From contig CAWEMM010000014.1 in the NCBI GenBank assembly GCA_963810095.1, forward strand, positions 128,001 through 192,000: a stretch of 64,000 nucleotides of DNA. Reading direction: 5' to 3'. Shown piece after piece: positions 28,931 to 41,562 of the stretch. Within the stretch, counting starts at the first letter, position 1. Every line of letters starts with the position of its first letter. A program made the position numbers and the translations under genes. The notes beneath the pieces are model-generated. The model saw only the letters and a list, made by a program, of their open reading frames with translations, had not been told where the DNA came from and made no database searches. This DNA is from an uncultured Chloroflexia bacterium (GTDB taxonomy: Bacteria; Chloroflexota; Anaerolineae; CG2-30-64-16).

Positions 28931-31144
28931 ATGGTAACTGTGCCCTCCGTGGCAACGAGCCAAACCGAAGAAGAACGCCTCCGGCGATTGCGCAATATCG
29001 GCATCATCGCCCATATCGACGCGGGCAAAACGACGACGACCGAGCGCATCCTGTACTACACCGGCAAGACCTACCGGATGGGCAACGTCGACGAGGGCAC
29101 CACCGTCACCGACTGGATGGTGCAGGAGCGTGAACGCGGCATCACGATTCAGTCTGCGGCCATCACCAGCGAGTGGAAGGGCTACCAGATCAACATCATC
29201 GACACGCCCGGCCACATCGACTTCACCGCCGAGGTGCAGCGCAGCCTGCGCGTGCTCGACGGCGGCGTCGTCGTCTTCGACGCGGTCGCCGGCGTCGAGC
29301 CCCAGTCCGAGACGGTCTGGCGGCAGGCCAACCACTACGGCGTGCCGCGCATCTGCTTCGTCAACAAGATGGATCGCACCGGCGCGAATTTCTGGCGCAC
29401 GATCGACATGATCAAGGACCGGCTGGGCGCGAACCCGCTGCCCGTGCAGCTCCCATCGGCTCGGAAGACCTGTTCGCCGGCATGATCGACCTGATGACCC
29501 GCATCGCCTGGACCTTCCCCGGCGACCTGGGCGCGACGCCGCAGGACGGGCCCGTGCCCGACGTCTCTGCAGGACGAGGTCGGAGCGACTGCGCGAGCAG
29601 ATGGTCGAGAAGATCGCGGAGACCGACGACGATCTGATGACTGAAGTACCTCGAGGGCGAGGAGATCACCGAGGACGAGCTGCGCGTCGCCTTGCGCAAG
29701 GCGACGATTGCCGCGCGACGCTGGTGCCCGTGCTGTGCGGCACCGCGCTGCGCACCAAGGGCGTGCAGCTGCTGCTCGACGCGGTGATCGACTACCTGCC
29801 CTCGCCGCTCGACATCCCCGCCGTCAAGGGCACCAACCCGGACACCGGCGAAGAGGAAGAGCGCCCCACGCGCGATCGACGCACCGGTCTCGGCGCTCGT
29901 CTTCAAGATCCAGACCGACCCGTACATGGGCAAGCTGGCGTACGTACGCGTTTACTCGGGCGTGCTCCAGTCGGGCACGACCCTGCTGAACACGAGCAAG
30001 GACCGCAAGGAGCGCATGGGCCGGCTCGTGCAGGTCTACGCCGAGAAGCGCGAGGACGTGACGATGATCCGGGCGGGCGACATCGGCGCGATCGTCGGCG
30101 TGAAGCAGACCTTCACCGGCGAGACGCTGTCCGACCCGGCCGCGCCCATCGTGCTGGAAGCCATCGAGTTCCCCGAGCCGGTCATTTCGATCGCCGTCGA
30201 GCCGAAGACCAAGGCCGACCAGGACAAGCTGGCCAATGCGCTGCAGCGGCTGGCCGAAGAAGACCCGACCTTCCGCGTGCGCGTCGACGAGCAGACCGGG
30301 CAGACGCTGCTCAGCGGCATGGGCGAGCTGCACCTGGACGTGCTGATCGACCGCATGAAGCGCGAGTTCGGCGTGCAGGCCCACGTGGGCCGGCTCCAGG
30401 TGTCCTACCGCGAGACGATCACCCGCAAGACCGCCGGTCGACATGCGCTTCGTCCGGCAGACCGGCGGCCGCGGCCAGTACGCGCACGTCGTCGTGGACT
30501 TCGAGCCGCTCGAGCGCGGCAAGGGCTTCGAGTTCGTCAACAAGATCGTCGGCGGCGTGATCCCGAGGGAGTACATCGGGCCGGTCGAGCAGGGCATCCG
30601 CGAGTCGATGGAGAACGGCGTCCTCGGCGGCTATCCGCTGGTCGACATCCGGGCGACCCTGACGGGCGGCTCGTTCCACGAGGTCGACTCGCTCGGACAT
30701 GGCCTTCAAGATCGCCGGCTCGATGGCGCTGCGCGAGGGCGTGCAGAAGGGCGGGCCGGTGCTGCTCGAGCCGGTGATGCGGCTGGAAGTCGTGGTGCCC
30801 GAGGCGCAACACGGGCGACGTGATCGGCGATGTGGTGTCGCGGCGCGGCCAGATCGAGGGCATGGAGATGCACTCGGTCGGGATGCAGGCGGTGCAAGGG
30901 CATGGTGCCGATGGCCGAGATGTTCGGCTATGCGACGACGCTGCGCTCGTTCACCCAGGGCCGCGGCACATTCACGATGGAGTTCTGCTGCTACGAGCCT
31001 GTGCCGGCCGACCGGGCGCGCACCATCTGGGCTCGAGCTCGAACGATCCGTATGGCGGACGTTGGGGTCGCGCACGATGATCGCGCGCTTGGAACCGTCG
31101 ACTGCGCGTTCCAAAATCCGACGCGGTGCAAACACAACGAATGA
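28931..31144 (+). CDS. fusA: Elongation factor G, multiple frameshifts (3' end approximate)
   Basis: [37 protein letters not shown] and [11 protein letters not shown]. Confidence 0.95.
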
Positions 31145-31155
31145 CGTAGCGAAAT

Positions 31156-31185
31156 TTGCATAAAAACACGTCCGTTCGATATAAT
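31156..31185 (+). promoter_or_regulatory. Internal promoter upstream of tuf
   Basis: TTGCAT-18 bp-TATAAT. Confidence 0.75.
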
Positions 31186-31194
31186 GCGAAAGTT

Positions 31195-31417
31195 GCCGCC
31201 GATTGCAGGAGCTGGTCAGTCTTTGCAGGCTGACCGGCAGTGACTCGGATGGCATTAGGTGCTGCTCCCGCATCTGAGCGGCGCCGGCGATAGGTGCAAA
31301 ACAGGAAGGCTGGCGGCGGGTGACCCGCAAGTCGCCTCGAGTCGGCGGCCTAAGGGTGCTTTTGCCCCCGTTCCCTGAGGCCTGCCTCGTCAGCGTTGCT
31401 GGACGGGGCATTTGTTT
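31195..31417 (+). ncRNA. Putative structured leader RNA/ncRNA upstream of tuf
   Basis: Closing stem 31195-31204/31340-31349 enclosing four hairpins, then a terminator-like hairpin and U tract. Confidence 0.5.
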
Positions 31418-31494
31418 GTAAATACGCATGTAGGGGCTGACTGTCCGCAGAGCGTCGGCTAAGCCCTTGCTCACATCAAGGAGCATGTGTCATC

Positions 31495-32695
<1,201 letters not shown>

Positions 32696-32703
32696 CTAGG
32701 ATT

Positions 32704-32733
32704 GTAGGGGCAGACCAAACAGGTTGCCCCTAC
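32704..32733. repeat. GTAG-type REP-like palindrome (family C)
   Basis: gtaggggcagacc...ggttgcccctac; related copies at 39718, 46541 and 50450. Confidence 0.7.
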
Positions 32734-32752
32734 CTCTGTGCCTGGAGGCATA

Positions 32753-33061
32753 ATGGCTAAGAATCGTATTCGCATCCGGCTGAAGGCGTTCGATCATCGG
32801 GTGCTCGATGACTCCGTACGCAAGATCGTGGACGCGGCAGAGCGCACCGGCGCCGCCGTCGTCGGGCCGATCCCGCTGCCGACGCGGATCGAGAAGTTCA
32901 CCGTGAACCGCTCGCCGTTCATCGACAAGGACAGCCGGGAGCAGTTCGAGGTGCGGACGCACAAGCGCCTGATCGACGTGATGGACCCGGGCCCCAAGAC
33001 GATCGAGAACCTGACCCGTCTCGACCTGCCTGCGGGCGTGGATATCGAAATCAAGCTGTAA
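32753..33061 (+). CDS. rpsJ: 30S ribosomal protein S10
   Basis: [17 protein letters not shown] and [12 protein letters not shown]. Confidence 0.98.
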   Translation: MAKNRIRIRLKAFDHRVLDDSVRKIVDAAERTGAAVVGPIPLPTRIEKFTVNRSPFIDKDSREQFEVRTHKRLIDVMDPGPKTIENLTRLDLPAGVDIEIKL

Positions 33062-33150
33062 ATGGGACGCAGGTTGAACTGGTCGAACTGAGCTAGTCCT
33101 TGTTCCAGGTGCTGAGAACCAGTCTGGTCAGTTAAATCAGCGTACTATTC
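33060..33150. repeat. Family B long imperfect hairpin repeat
   Basis: aatgggacgcaggttgaactg...cagttaaatcagcgtactattc; 7 copies in window. Confidence 0.85.
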
Positions 33151-33244
33151 CGGCCATCGCAAGCTCCGCTTGCACGGGATGATGCGGCTCTCCAGCCACA
33201 AAGTGGCGCCCCCGGAGAGTCTCGACAGTCCCAAGGAGGAAATT

Positions 33245-33884
33245 GTGAAGGGTATTTTGGGCCGCAAGGTGGGCATGACACAGTTGCTCACCGGCCGTGG
33301 GACAGTCGTTCCTGTCACCGTCATCGAGGCAGGTCCCTGCTTCGTCACACTCATCAAGACGCTCGAGAAGGACGGCTACACCGCCGTGCAGCTCGGCTAC
33401 GGCGAGACCAAGCCCCGCCGCTTGACGAAGGGCCAGGTCGGCCATCTGCGCCATCGCAACGCCAATTTGCCGACGTTGCGCGTTTTGCGCGAGATCCGCA
33501 TGAAGAGTGCCGAGGACTTCGCGGTGGGCCAGAAGCTGCTGGCCGATGTCTTTGAGGCCGGCGAGCGCGTCGACGTCAAGGGCGTTTCCAAGGGTCGTGG
33601 CTTCCAGGGCGGCGTCCGCCGGCATGGTTTCCACGGCGGCCCCCGCACGCACGGTCAGTCGGACCGTTTGCGCGCACCGGGCGCTTCGAGCTCGGGCACC
33701 ACGCCGGGCCGCATCTACAAGGGCAAGAAGATGGCCGGCCACATGGGCAACGCGCCCGGTCACCGTCTCCAATCTGCGGGTTGAGCTCGTGGACCCGGCC
33801 CGCAATTTGCTGGCAGTGCGCGGCGCAGTGCCGGGCGCCCGCGGTGGCCTCGTGGTCATCACGGAAGCACGGAAGCAGGGGTGA
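33245..33884 (+). CDS. rplC: 50S ribosomal protein L3, frameshift near 33755
   Basis: [16 protein letters not shown] and VRGAVPG. Confidence 0.95.
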
Positions 33885-33888
33885 TTCG

Positions 33889-34512
33889 ATGCTAGTTCCA
33901 GTCATTAATTTGGCCGGTCAGAAGGTCGGCCAGGTCGAGCTTTCCGACACCCTGTTCTCCGCGCCTGTCAACGAACCGCTGATGCACCAGGCGCTCGTGC
34001 GCCAGCTGGCCAACGCCCGCCTGGGCACGGCCAAGGTGAAGGGCCGCAGCGAGGTTGCCGGCGGCGGTCGCAAGCCGTGGAAGCAAAAGGGCACCGGCCG
34101 GGCGCGCCAGGGTTCGACCCGGGCGGCGCAGTGGCGCGGCGGCGGCATCATCTTTGGGCCCACCCCGCGTTCTACGAACAGAAGATGCCGCGGCAGATGC
34201 GCCGCGCCGCCATTCGCTCCGCCCTGACCGTCAAGGCCATGGAAGAGCGTGTGGTCGTCCTCGATGCGCTGACCGCGAACGAGACCACGAAGACCCGCGA
34301 CATGGCGCAGGCCATGGCGAAGGTTGTGCCGGCGGGCCGGGCACTGGTGCTGATGGCCGAGGCGAACGAGAATGTCGACGCGTTCGGCCAGCAACATCGC
34401 CAATGTCAAGCTGCTGCGGGCCGGTTACCTGAACATGCGCGATCTGCTGGACTGCGATTACCTCGTGATCCCCCAGGATGCGCTGCCGGTGCTCGAGGGC
34501 GTGTTGAGCTGA
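33889..34512 (+). CDS. rplD: 50S ribosomal protein L4, frameshifted
   Basis: [19 protein letters not shown] and WRGGG.IFGP. Confidence 0.95.
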
Positions 34513-34603
34513 ATGGGACGCCGATTGAACTGATTGGACTGATCTGCCTGATCTCCAAGAGATCATGAAGCTCAGTCTGGTCAGTCAGATCAGCGTGCTA
34601 TTC
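34511..34603. repeat. Family B repeat overlapping the rplD stop
   Basis: gaatgggacgccgattgaactgattggactgat...atcagcgtgctattc. Confidence 0.85.
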
Positions 34604-34622
34604 CGAATGAGGAGTTGCACAG

Positions 34623-34913
34623 ATGCATGTTTATGACATTCTCAAGCGCCCGGTCGTGACCGAAAAGAGCAACGCGCAAGCGGGTGCGGAAAACCAGTAC
34701 ACGTTCGAAGTCGACAAGCGCGCGAACAAGATGCAGGTCAAGGATGCAGTCGAGACGGCGTTCAACGTCACGGTGTTGGAAGTCAACATCATCAACATCC
34801 AGCCCAAGTACGGCCGAGTCGGTCGCGCAACGGTCATCAAGAAGGCCGGCATGAAGAAGGCCGTGGTGACGCTGGCCCCGGGGAACACGATCCAGTTCTT
34901 CGAGGGTGTGTGA
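34623..34913 (+). CDS. rplW: 50S ribosomal protein L23
   Basis: PVVTEKS and KKAVVTL. Confidence 0.96.
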   Translation: MHVYDILKRPVVTEKSNAQAGAENQYTFEVDKRANKMQVKDAVETAFNVTVLEVNIINIQPKYGRVGRATVIKKAGMKKAVVTLAPGNTIQFFEGV

Positions 34914-35009
34914 GTTTTCGCTTGCCGCGCTGCCGAGGCAGCGCGCAAGCGAAAACTGTGCAGGCAGGCGGCAAGGACGGCAAGAGTATCGCCTGCCCCG
35001 GCGCCTGAT

Positions 35010-35034
35010 GAGCATCCTGAGCGAAGTCGAAGGA
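35010..35034. repeat. Family D repeat GAGCATCCTGAGCG(A/C)AGTCGAAGGA
   Basis: Near-identical copy at 42929-42953. Confidence 0.75.
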
Positions 35035-35125
35035 CTTCACATCGAGATGCGCCATCACGAAGCGAGCGCCGGTTAGTTTGCGAGGTCACGTCAAGCGTGA
35101 CACGCAATTTGCCACAGGAGACTAA

Positions 35126-35956
35126 ATGGCTATCAAGGTCTACAAGCCCACGTCGGCCGGGCGTCGCGGCATGAGTGTCTCGACGTTTGAGGAGATCACC
35201 CGGTCGACCCCTGAGCGCTCCTTGCTGCGCCCCCTGCGCGAACATGCAGGCCGCAACAATCAGGGCCGCGTCACCGTGCGCCACCAGGGCGGCGGTCACA
35301 AGCGCATGTATCGCTTGATCGACTTCCGCCGCGACAAGCACGGCATTCCGGCGCGCGTCGTCTCGATCGAGTACGATCCGAATCGGTCGGCCCGCATCGC
35401 GCTGCTGAACTACGCGGACGGCGAGAAGCGCTACATTCTGGCCCCCGTGGGCCTGAAGGTCGGCGCCCAGCTCATGTCTGGCCCCGAGGCTGAGGTTCGG
35501 GTCGGCAATGCGCTGCCTCTGCGCAACATCCCGTTGGGCACCGTCGTGCACAACGTCGAGTTGCAGCCAGGTCGTGGCGGCCAGATGGCTCGCTCGGCCG
35601 GCGTCGGCGCGCAGGTGCTGGCGAAGGAAGGCGACTACGCCCAGTTGCGCCTGCCCTCCGGTGAGGTGCGTCGCGTTCCGATGGTCTGCCTGGCAACCAT
35701 TGGCCAGGTCGGCAATACCGATCACGCGAACCTGAACCTGGGCAAGGCCGGCCGCAAGCGCTGGCTCGGCATCCGGCCGACCGTGCGCGGCACCGCGCAG
35801 GATCCGAATTCGCACCCGCATGGTGGTGGTGAAGGCCGCTCGCCGGTGGGTATGCCTGGTCCCAAGACCCCGTGGGGCAAGCCCGCGCAGGGTTACAAGA
35901 CCCGCAAGAATAAGCGCACCGAGAAGTTTATCGTGCGCCGCCGCGGCAAGAAGTAG
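35126..35956 (+). CDS. rplB: 50S ribosomal protein L2
   Basis: [14 protein letters not shown] and HPHGGGEG. Confidence 0.98.
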   Translation: MAIKVYKPTSAGRRGMSVSTFEEITRSTPERSLLRPLREHAGRNNQGRVTVRHQGGGHKRMYRLIDFRRDKHGIPARVVSIEYDPNRSARIALLNYADGEKRYILAPVGLKVGAQLMSGPEAEVRVGNALPLRNIPLGTVVHNVELQPGRGGQMARSAGVGAQVLAKEGDYAQLRLPSGEVRRVPMVCLATIGQVGNTDHANLNLGKAGRKRWLGIRPTVRGTAQDPNSHPHGGGEGRSPVGMPGPKTPWGKPAQGYKTRKNKRTEKFIVRRRGKK

Positions 35957-35969
35957 GGGGACTTGAGGA

Positions 35970-36248
35970 ATGAGCCGATCGCTTAAAAAGGGCCCATACG
36001 TACAGAACAAGCTGCTGAAGAAGGTCGAGGCCATGAACCGGACCGGCAAGAAGACGGTCATCAAGACTTGGTCCCGCGCTTCGACGGTCTTCCCGCAGAT
36101 GGTTGGTCATACGATCGCGATCCATGACGGGCGCCGCCATGTGCCGATCTACATTGCGGAAAACATGGTCGGCCACAAGTTGGGCGAGTTCGCACCCACC
36201 CGGTTCTTCCGCGGGCACGTTCGCAGCGAAAAGAAGAGCTCGAGGTGA
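35970..36248 (+). CDS. rpsS: 30S ribosomal protein S19
   Basis: SRSLKKGP and [11 protein letters not shown]. Confidence 0.98.
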   Translation: MSRSLKKGPYVQNKLLKKVEAMNRTGKKTVIKTWSRASTVFPQMVGHTIAIHDGRRHVPIYIAENMVGHKLGEFAPTRFFRGHVRSEKKSSR

Positions 36249-36252
36249 TGTG

Positions 36253-36591
36253 ATGGAAGCGCGAGCGGTTACTAAGTACACGGGCATTTCGCCCCAAAAG
36301 ACCCGCTGGGTCATCGACCAGGTGCGCGGGATGCAGGCCGAGCAGGCCCTGGCCCTGCTGCGCTACATGCGGCAGTCCGCGGCCGAGCCGGTTGCCAAGA
36401 CCATCGCGTCGGCGCTGGCCAACGCGGAAGAGAACCTGGGCCTGGCCCGCGAGGACATGTACATCCAGACGATCATGGCGGATGGCGCTCCCTTGCGCCG
36501 CTGGCGCCGGTTCGGTGCGCGCGGCCGGTTCAAGCCGATCATTCGGCGGTCGTCGCACATTACCGTCGTTCTCGAAGAACGCGGCGCTTGA
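36253..36591 (+). CDS. rplV: 50S ribosomal protein L22
   Basis: ISPQK, SALANAE and RRSSHITV. Confidence 0.96.
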   Translation: MEARAVTKYTGISPQKTRWVIDQVRGMQAEQALALLRYMRQSAAEPVAKTIASALANAEENLGLAREDMYIQTIMADGAPLRRWRRFGARGRFKPIIRRSSHITVVLEERGA

Positions 36592-36612
36592 TAGGTATAA
36601 GGAGAGACATAC

Positions 36613-37257
36613 ATGGGTCGAAAAGTCCATCCCATTGGTTTTCGCCTGGGTACCACAGAAAGCCATCGCTCTCGCTGGTATGCCGAGGGCAAGGAATATA
36701 CCAACCTGGTCGCTGAGGACCGCCGGATCCGCAAGATGGTGTTGACCAACTTGCCGGAGGCGCAGATCTCCCGCGTGGACATCGAGCGTTTCCCGCCCAA
36801 CCAGATCCGCATTACCGTCCATTCGGCGAAGCCGGGTGTCATCATCGGTCGCAAGGGCGCCACGGTCAACCAGTTGCGCGGCGACCTGCAGAACGCCACC
36901 GGCAAGCGCGTCAAGCTGGACATCGCCGAGATCGACAAGCCCGAGCTCGATTCCTTCCTGGTAGCTCGCAGCATCGCCGATCAGCTGGGCCGGCGCATTT
37001 CGCACAAGCGGGCCATGAAGCAGGCCGTGCTCCGCGCTCTCAAGAGCGGCGCGCAGGGCTGCATGATTCGCTGTGGCGGTCGCCTGGCCGGGTCTGAAAT
37101 GGCCCGCGTCGAAACCGTGCGTGAGGGCCGGGTTCCCCGCCATACGCTGCGTGCGGAAATCGACTATGCCAAGGAAGAGGCGCTGACCACCTTTGGCCGG
37201 ATCGGCATCAAGGTCTGGATCTACAAGGGCGAGCGTCTCCCGGGTGCTGAGGCGTAG
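36613..37257 (+). CDS. rpsC: 30S ribosomal protein S3
   Basis: [13 protein letters not shown] and [10 protein letters not shown]. Confidence 0.98.
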   Translation: MGRKVHPIGFRLGTTESHRSRWYAEGKEYTNLVAEDRRIRKMVLTNLPEAQISRVDIERFPPNQIRITVHSAKPGVIIGRKGATVNQLRGDLQNATGKRVKLDIAEIDKPELDSFLVARSIADQLGRRISHKRAMKQAVLRALKSGAQGCMIRCGGRLAGSEMARVETVREGRVPRHTLRAEIDYAKEEALTTFGRIGIKVWIYKGERLPGAEA

Positions 37258-37268
37258 GAGTCTTTACC

Positions 37269-37691
37269 ATGTTAATGCCTAAGCGTGTTAAGTATCGCAA
37301 GCAGCACCGTGGGCGGCGCGCCGGCCTGGCGACCCGAGGCAATGAAGTCAGCTTCGGCGAGTTCGGCCTCCAGGCACTTGGTGCATGCTGGATGAACAGC
37401 CGCCAGATCGAAGCGGCTCGTCGCGCGATCGTGCGCTACCTGCGCCGCGGCGGTAAGCTGTGGATTCGTGTATTCCCGGACCACCCGGTCACCAAGCGGC
37501 CGGCCGAAACCCGTATGGGTGGCGGCAAGGGCGCGGTGGAGTACTGGGCGGCCGTGGTTAAGCCCGGCCTGATGTTGTTCGAAGTGGCCGGCGTTACCGA
37601 GGAAGAGGCCCGCGAGGCGATGCGTTTGGCATCGCACAAGCTGCCGATCCCGGTGCAGTTCGTTCGTCGCGAACTGGGGGAGCAAGCCTAA
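37269..37691 (+). CDS. rplP: 50S ribosomal protein L16
   Basis: [11 protein letters not shown] and ETRMGGGKG. Confidence 0.98.
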   Translation: MLMPKRVKYRKQHRGRRAGLATRGNEVSFGEFGLQALGACWMNSRQIEAARRAIVRYLRRGGKLWIRVFPDHPVTKRPAETRMGGGKGAVEYWAAVVKPGLMLFEVAGVTEEEAREAMRLASHKLPIPVQFVRRELGEQA

Positions 37692-37692
37692 G

Positions 37693-37902
37693 ATGACGCG
37701 CGCAAGTGAAATTCGTGGTTTGGGCGTGGCCGAAGTGGCCCGCAAACTGGACGAGGCGCATCAGGAGCTGTTCAACCTCCGGTTCCAGTATTCGACTGGG
37801 CAGCTCAAGAACACGGCTCGGTTGAGCGAGGTCAAGCATGAAATCGCCCGGCTGCGCACGGTGCTGCGCGAGCACGAACTGGCCGCGGCCCGAGGAGAAT
37901 AA
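37693..37902 (+). CDS. rpmC: 50S ribosomal protein L29
   Basis: ELFNLRFQ..TGQL.N and IARLRTVLRE. Confidence 0.96.
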   Translation: MTRASEIRGLGVAEVARKLDEAHQELFNLRFQYSTGQLKNTARLSEVKHEIARLRTVLREHELAAARGE

Positions 37903-37905
37903 GAG

Positions 37906-38247
37906 ATGACTAACGAAGCACAGGCGGCACAGGGTGCCGTTGGCTCGGGCCGGACCACGACGCACAAGACCCTGGTCGGCAAGGTGGTCAGCAACAAGAT
38001 GCAGAAGACCGTCGTGGTCGAGGTCGAGCGCACGCGCCGGCACCCGCTGTACGGCAAGGTCATCCGCGTGCACAAGAACTACAAGGCGCACGACGAGAAC
38101 AACGAGTGCAAGGTCGGCGACCAGGTTCGTATCGTCGAGTCGCGGCCCTACAGCAAGGACAAGCATTTCCGGGTTGAGGCCATCCTGAACCGCGCGGCCC
38201 AGATCGACAAGGCGCCCTTGACGGCGTCGCCCGACGTAGAGGGGTGA
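37906..38247 (+). CDS. rpsQ: 30S ribosomal protein S17
   Basis: [17 protein letters not shown] and ESRPYSK. Confidence 0.96.
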   Translation: MTNEAQAAQGAVGSGRTTTHKTLVGKVVSNKMQKTVVVEVERTRRHPLYGKVIRVHKNYKAHDENNECKVGDQVRIVESRPYSKDKHFRVEAILNRAAQIDKAPLTASPDVEG

Positions 38248-38251
38248 GGCG

Positions 38252-38620
38252 ATGATTCAGCAGGAAAGCCGGCTCAAGGTTGCCGATAACACCGGCGCCA
38301 AGGAAATTCTCTGCATCCGGGTCATGGGCGGCTCCATGCGCCGGTACGCGCACCTCGGCGATGTCATCATCGCCACGGTGAAGCAGGCTGCGCCCAACGG
38401 CGCAGTCAAGGAAGGCGACGTCGTGCGCGCGGTGGTGGTTCGCACCACCTACCCGCACAAGCGGGCCGATGGCTCGTCGATCCGTTTCGACGACAACGCA
38501 GCCGTAATCATCGACCAGATGCGCGCCCCTCGTGGCACCCGCATCTTTGGGCCGGTGGCTCGTGAGCTGCGCGACCGCGGTTACATGCGCATCGTGTCGC
38601 TCGCGCCCGAAGTGCTGTAG
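38252..38620 (+). CDS. rplN: 50S ribosomal protein L14
   Basis: [17 protein letters not shown] and [12 protein letters not shown]. Confidence 0.98.
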   Translation: MIQQESRLKVADNTGAKEILCIRVMGGSMRRYAHLGDVIIATVKQAAPNGAVKEGDVVRAVVVRTTYPHKRADGSSIRFDDNAAVIIDQMRAPRGTRIFGPVARELRDRGYMRIVSLAPEVL

Positions 38621-38622
38621 GG

Positions 38623-38655
38623 AGAAACCAGGTTTCTCCGAGAAACCTGGTTTCT
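38623..38655. repeat. Family A palindrome between rplN and rplX
   Basis: agaaaccaggtttct-ccg-agaaacctggtttct. Confidence 0.9.
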
Positions 38656-38678
38656 TGGGGAGCTGGAGTGGAGCAACA

Positions 38679-39038
38679 ATGAACATCAGAAAAGGCGATA
38701 AGGTCGTAGTGATTTCGGGCGATGACAGCGGCAGCCAGGGCGAAGTCCAGCGCGTGATGCGCGCCAAGTGGGGCAAGGGCCGCAAGGCCGGCCAGCGCAA
38801 GTCATCGGCCGACCGGGTCGTGGTCGCAGGCATCAACCTGGTCAAGAAGCACCAGCGGCGCACCGGCAACGTCAACACCCAGTTCGGCATCATCGAGCGC
38901 GAAGCGCCGTTGCACATCTCGAACGTCATGTTGATCTGCCCGAAGTGTGGCAAGCCCACCCGGGTGGGCCATGTGATTCATGCCGACGGCAGCCGCTCCC
39001 GCGCCTGCAAGAAGTGCGGCGACGTAATGGACGCATAA
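38679..39038 (+). CDS. rplX: 50S ribosomal protein L24
   Basis: IRKGDKVVVISG, EAPLHISNV and C-terminal CxxC pairs. Confidence 0.95.
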   Translation: MNIRKGDKVVVISGDDSGSQGEVQRVMRAKWGKGRKAGQRKSSADRVVVAGINLVKKHQRRTGNVNTQFGIIEREAPLHISNVMLICPKCGKPTRVGHVIHADGSRSRACKKCGDVMDA

Positions 39039-39175
39039 CCTCGCCCCCACCACCCGGCACTGCCAGCGGCAGGCGCAGGGTGCAGGCGAGGTTGCCCGTA
39101 AGGGCAAGTCCGGATCAGGGTTGCGCCAAGCGCCACCGGCGCGAGTAACCCTGTATAGGATAGGAGTAAGCAGAA

Positions 39176-39721
39176 ATGGCAATGCCAAGATTGGCGGAAC
39201 GGTACCGCACCGAAGTTGTGCCCGCGCTCGAGAAGGAGTTCGGCTACAAGAACATCATGCAGGTGCCGAAAATCGAAAAGGTCGTCCTGAACATCGGCAT
39301 GGGCGAGGCGCTCACCAACGCCAAGAGCCTCGACGCCGCTGCGGGTGACCTCACGGCCATCGCGGGCCAGAAGCCCGTCTTCACCAAGGCGAAGAAGTCC
39401 ATCGCGAACTTCAAGCTGCGCGAGGGCAACACGATCGGCGTGACCGTGACCCTGCGCCACGAGCGCATGTGGAGCTTTCTCGACCGCTTGATGAACATCG
39501 CCCTGCCGCGCTTGCGCGACTTCCGGGGCATCAACCCCGATGCGTTCGACGGTCATGGCAATTATAGCCTGGGCTTGCGGGAGCAGCTGCTGTTCCCCGA
39601 GATCCATTATGAAAAGGTCGACAAGATTCGCGGCATGGCCGTGACGGTCGTCACGACGGCGAAGACGGACGAAGAGGGCCGGCGGCTGCTGCAGCTGATG
39701 GGCATGCCGTTCCGCAAGTAG
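39176..39721 (+). CDS. rplE: 50S ribosomal protein L5
   Basis: [11 protein letters not shown] and LPRLRDFRG. Confidence 0.98.
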   Translation: MAMPRLAERYRTEVVPALEKEFGYKNIMQVPKIEKVVLNIGMGEALTNAKSLDAAAGDLTAIAGQKPVFTKAKKSIANFKLREGNTIGVTVTLRHERMWSFLDRLMNIALPRLRDFRGINPDAFDGHGNYSLGLREQLLFPEIHYEKVDKIRGMAVTVVTTAKTDEEGRRLLQLMGMPFRK

Positions 39722-39762
39722 GGGCGACCCTGCGTGGTCGCCTTCCGTAGGGAGGAAATTCT

Positions 39763-39945
39763 GTGGCAAAGACGTGTATGCCGATCCGGGAGCAGCGCCG
39801 CAAGTATGTAGTCCGCGTACGCAATCGCTGCAGCATCTGCAGCCGTCCGCGCGGGTACATGCGCCGGTTTGATCTGTGCCGTGTGTGCTTCCGCGAACAG
39901 GCGCTCAAGGGCAATCTGCCCGGCGTCGTGAAGTCGAGCTGGTAG
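39763..39945 (+). CDS. rpsZ: 30S ribosomal protein S14, zinc-binding type Z
   Basis: CSICSR...LCRVCFRE, 60 aa. Confidence 0.95.
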   Translation: MAKTCMPIREQRRKYVVRVRNRCSICSRPRGYMRRFDLCRVCFREQALKGNLPGVVKSSW

Positions 39946-40090
39946 TCTCCTGCTGCTGGTTTCGGCGAAACGAGCAGAGACAAGAGAGACCCGGAATACG
40001 GAATCCCGCGCTGCGAAACCGCTAACGCCAGCAAGCTGGCGCCTGGGCCAGGTCGCAAGCGACGGGTGATCCGAATCCAAGGAGTTCAAA

Positions 40091-40486
40091 ATGATCAGTG
40101 ATCCGATTGCCGACATGCTGACTCGTATCCGCAACGGCGCCCTGGTCCGGCACAAGCAGGTGGTCGTGCCTGGTTCCAAGGTTAAGCTGGCGATTGCTCG
40201 TATCCTGAAGGACGAAGGGTTCATCAAGGACTTCGAAGTCACCAAGGACGAGCCCCAGGCCCAGTTGCGTCTGGTTTTGAAGTATGACCGCGACCGCAAG
40301 TCCATCATCACCGGCATGCAGCGGGTCAGCCGGCCCGGGCGGCGAGTCTATGTCAAGCGCACCAGTATCCCGTGGGTCCTCAGTGGCCTCGGGGTCGCCA
40401 TCCTGAGCACGCCGCAAGGCATCATGACGGACCACAAGGCCCGCCGGCTCGGATTGGGCGGCGAGGTGCTCGCCTACATCTGGTAG
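40091..40486 (+). CDS. rpsH: 30S ribosomal protein S8
   Basis: DPIADMLTRIRN and SRPGRRVY. Confidence 0.98.
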   Translation: MISDPIADMLTRIRNGALVRHKQVVVPGSKVKLAIARILKDEGFIKDFEVTKDEPQAQLRLVLKYDRDRKSIITGMQRVSRPGRRVYVKRTSIPWVLSGLGVAILSTPQGIMTDHKARRLGLGGEVLAYIW

Positions 40487-40503
40487 GGTTAGGAGGCAGG
40501 ACT

Positions 40504-41067
40504 GTGTCGCGTATTGGTAAAATGCCGGTTGCGCTGCCGAACGGCGTGAGCGTGACGGTGAGTGATAGCAATTTCATCACTGTGAAGGGCCCGAAGGGAC
40601 AGCTCGAGCAGCAGTTCCCGGCGGAAATGTCCTTCGCAGTGGAAGCGGGTCAGGTCTGTGTGACGCGACCGACCGATGCCAAGAACCACAGGGCGCTGCA
40701 CGGCCTCAGCCGCGCGCTCCTGAACAACATGGTGACGGGCGTGAACACCGGCTTCAAGCGGGTGCTCGAGGTCGAAGGCGTGGGTTACCGTGCCGGCGTG
40801 ATGGGCAAGAATCTCGTCGTCATCGTGGGCTATTCGCACCCGGTCGAGGTCGTGCCGCCGCCCGGTATCAACTTTGAGGTCGACAAGACCGGCCGGCAGA
40901 TCACGGTGACCGGGATCGACAAGCAGGTCGTCGGCCAGATGGCCGCACAAATTCACGATTTGCGTCCGCCAGAGCCGTACAAGGGCAAGGGCGTGCGCTA
41001 TCAGGGTGAGAAGATCCGCCAGAAGGCCGGCAAGAGCGGTAAGGTCGGCGGCAAGGGCAAGAAGTAG
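40504..41067 (+). CDS. rplF: 50S ribosomal protein L6
   Basis: SRIGKMP and PEPYKGKGVRY. Confidence 0.97.
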   Translation: MSRIGKMPVALPNGVSVTVSDSNFITVKGPKGQLEQQFPAEMSFAVEAGQVCVTRPTDAKNHRALHGLSRALLNNMVTGVNTGFKRVLEVEGVGYRAGVMGKNLVVIVGYSHPVEVVPPPGINFEVDKTGRQITVTGIDKQVVGQMAAQIHDLRPPEPYKGKGVRYQGEKIRQKAGKSGKVGGKGKK

Positions 41068-41187
41068 CCTGCGTGAGTGCTTCGGCCCACACAACCGCAA
41101 GTTGTGCCGAAGCCTTGCGCACCATTCGAGAGGGCTACTCTTTACGAGAGGGCCTCACAGTGAGGGCCCTCTGACGAGGTAACTGCA

Positions 41188-41553
41188 ATGGCCGATAACT
41201 CGAGTTTGGAAGCTCGGAAACGCCGACATGAGCGCATTCGCCGGCACCTGCACGGCACGGCCGATCGCCCGCGTCTCAATGTGTTCCGCAGTCTGGACCA
41301 TATCTACGTCCAGGTAATCGACGATGACTTGGGCAACACGCTGGTCGCCGCGTCGACGGTCGACCCCGAGTTGCGCGAACAGCTGGACGGTTTGAACAAG
41401 TCTCAGCAGGCGACCCGCGTTGGCCAGTTGGTGGCAAGGCGAGCGCTCGACAAGGGGCTGAAGAAAGTCGTGTTCGACCGCGGTGGGTATCCATACCACG
41501 GCCGCGTGAAGGCACTGGCCGACGGCGCGCGCGAAGGCGGGCTGGAGTTCTAG
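41188..41553 (+). CDS. rplR: 50S ribosomal protein L18
   Basis: RPRLNVFRS and [12 protein letters not shown]. Confidence 0.97.
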   Translation: MADNSSLEARKRRHERIRRHLHGTADRPRLNVFRSLDHIYVQVIDDDLGNTLVAASTVDPELREQLDGLNKSQQATRVGQLVARRALDKGLKKVVFDRGGYPYHGRVKALADGAREGGLEF

Positions 41554-41562
41554 GAGGACTTG

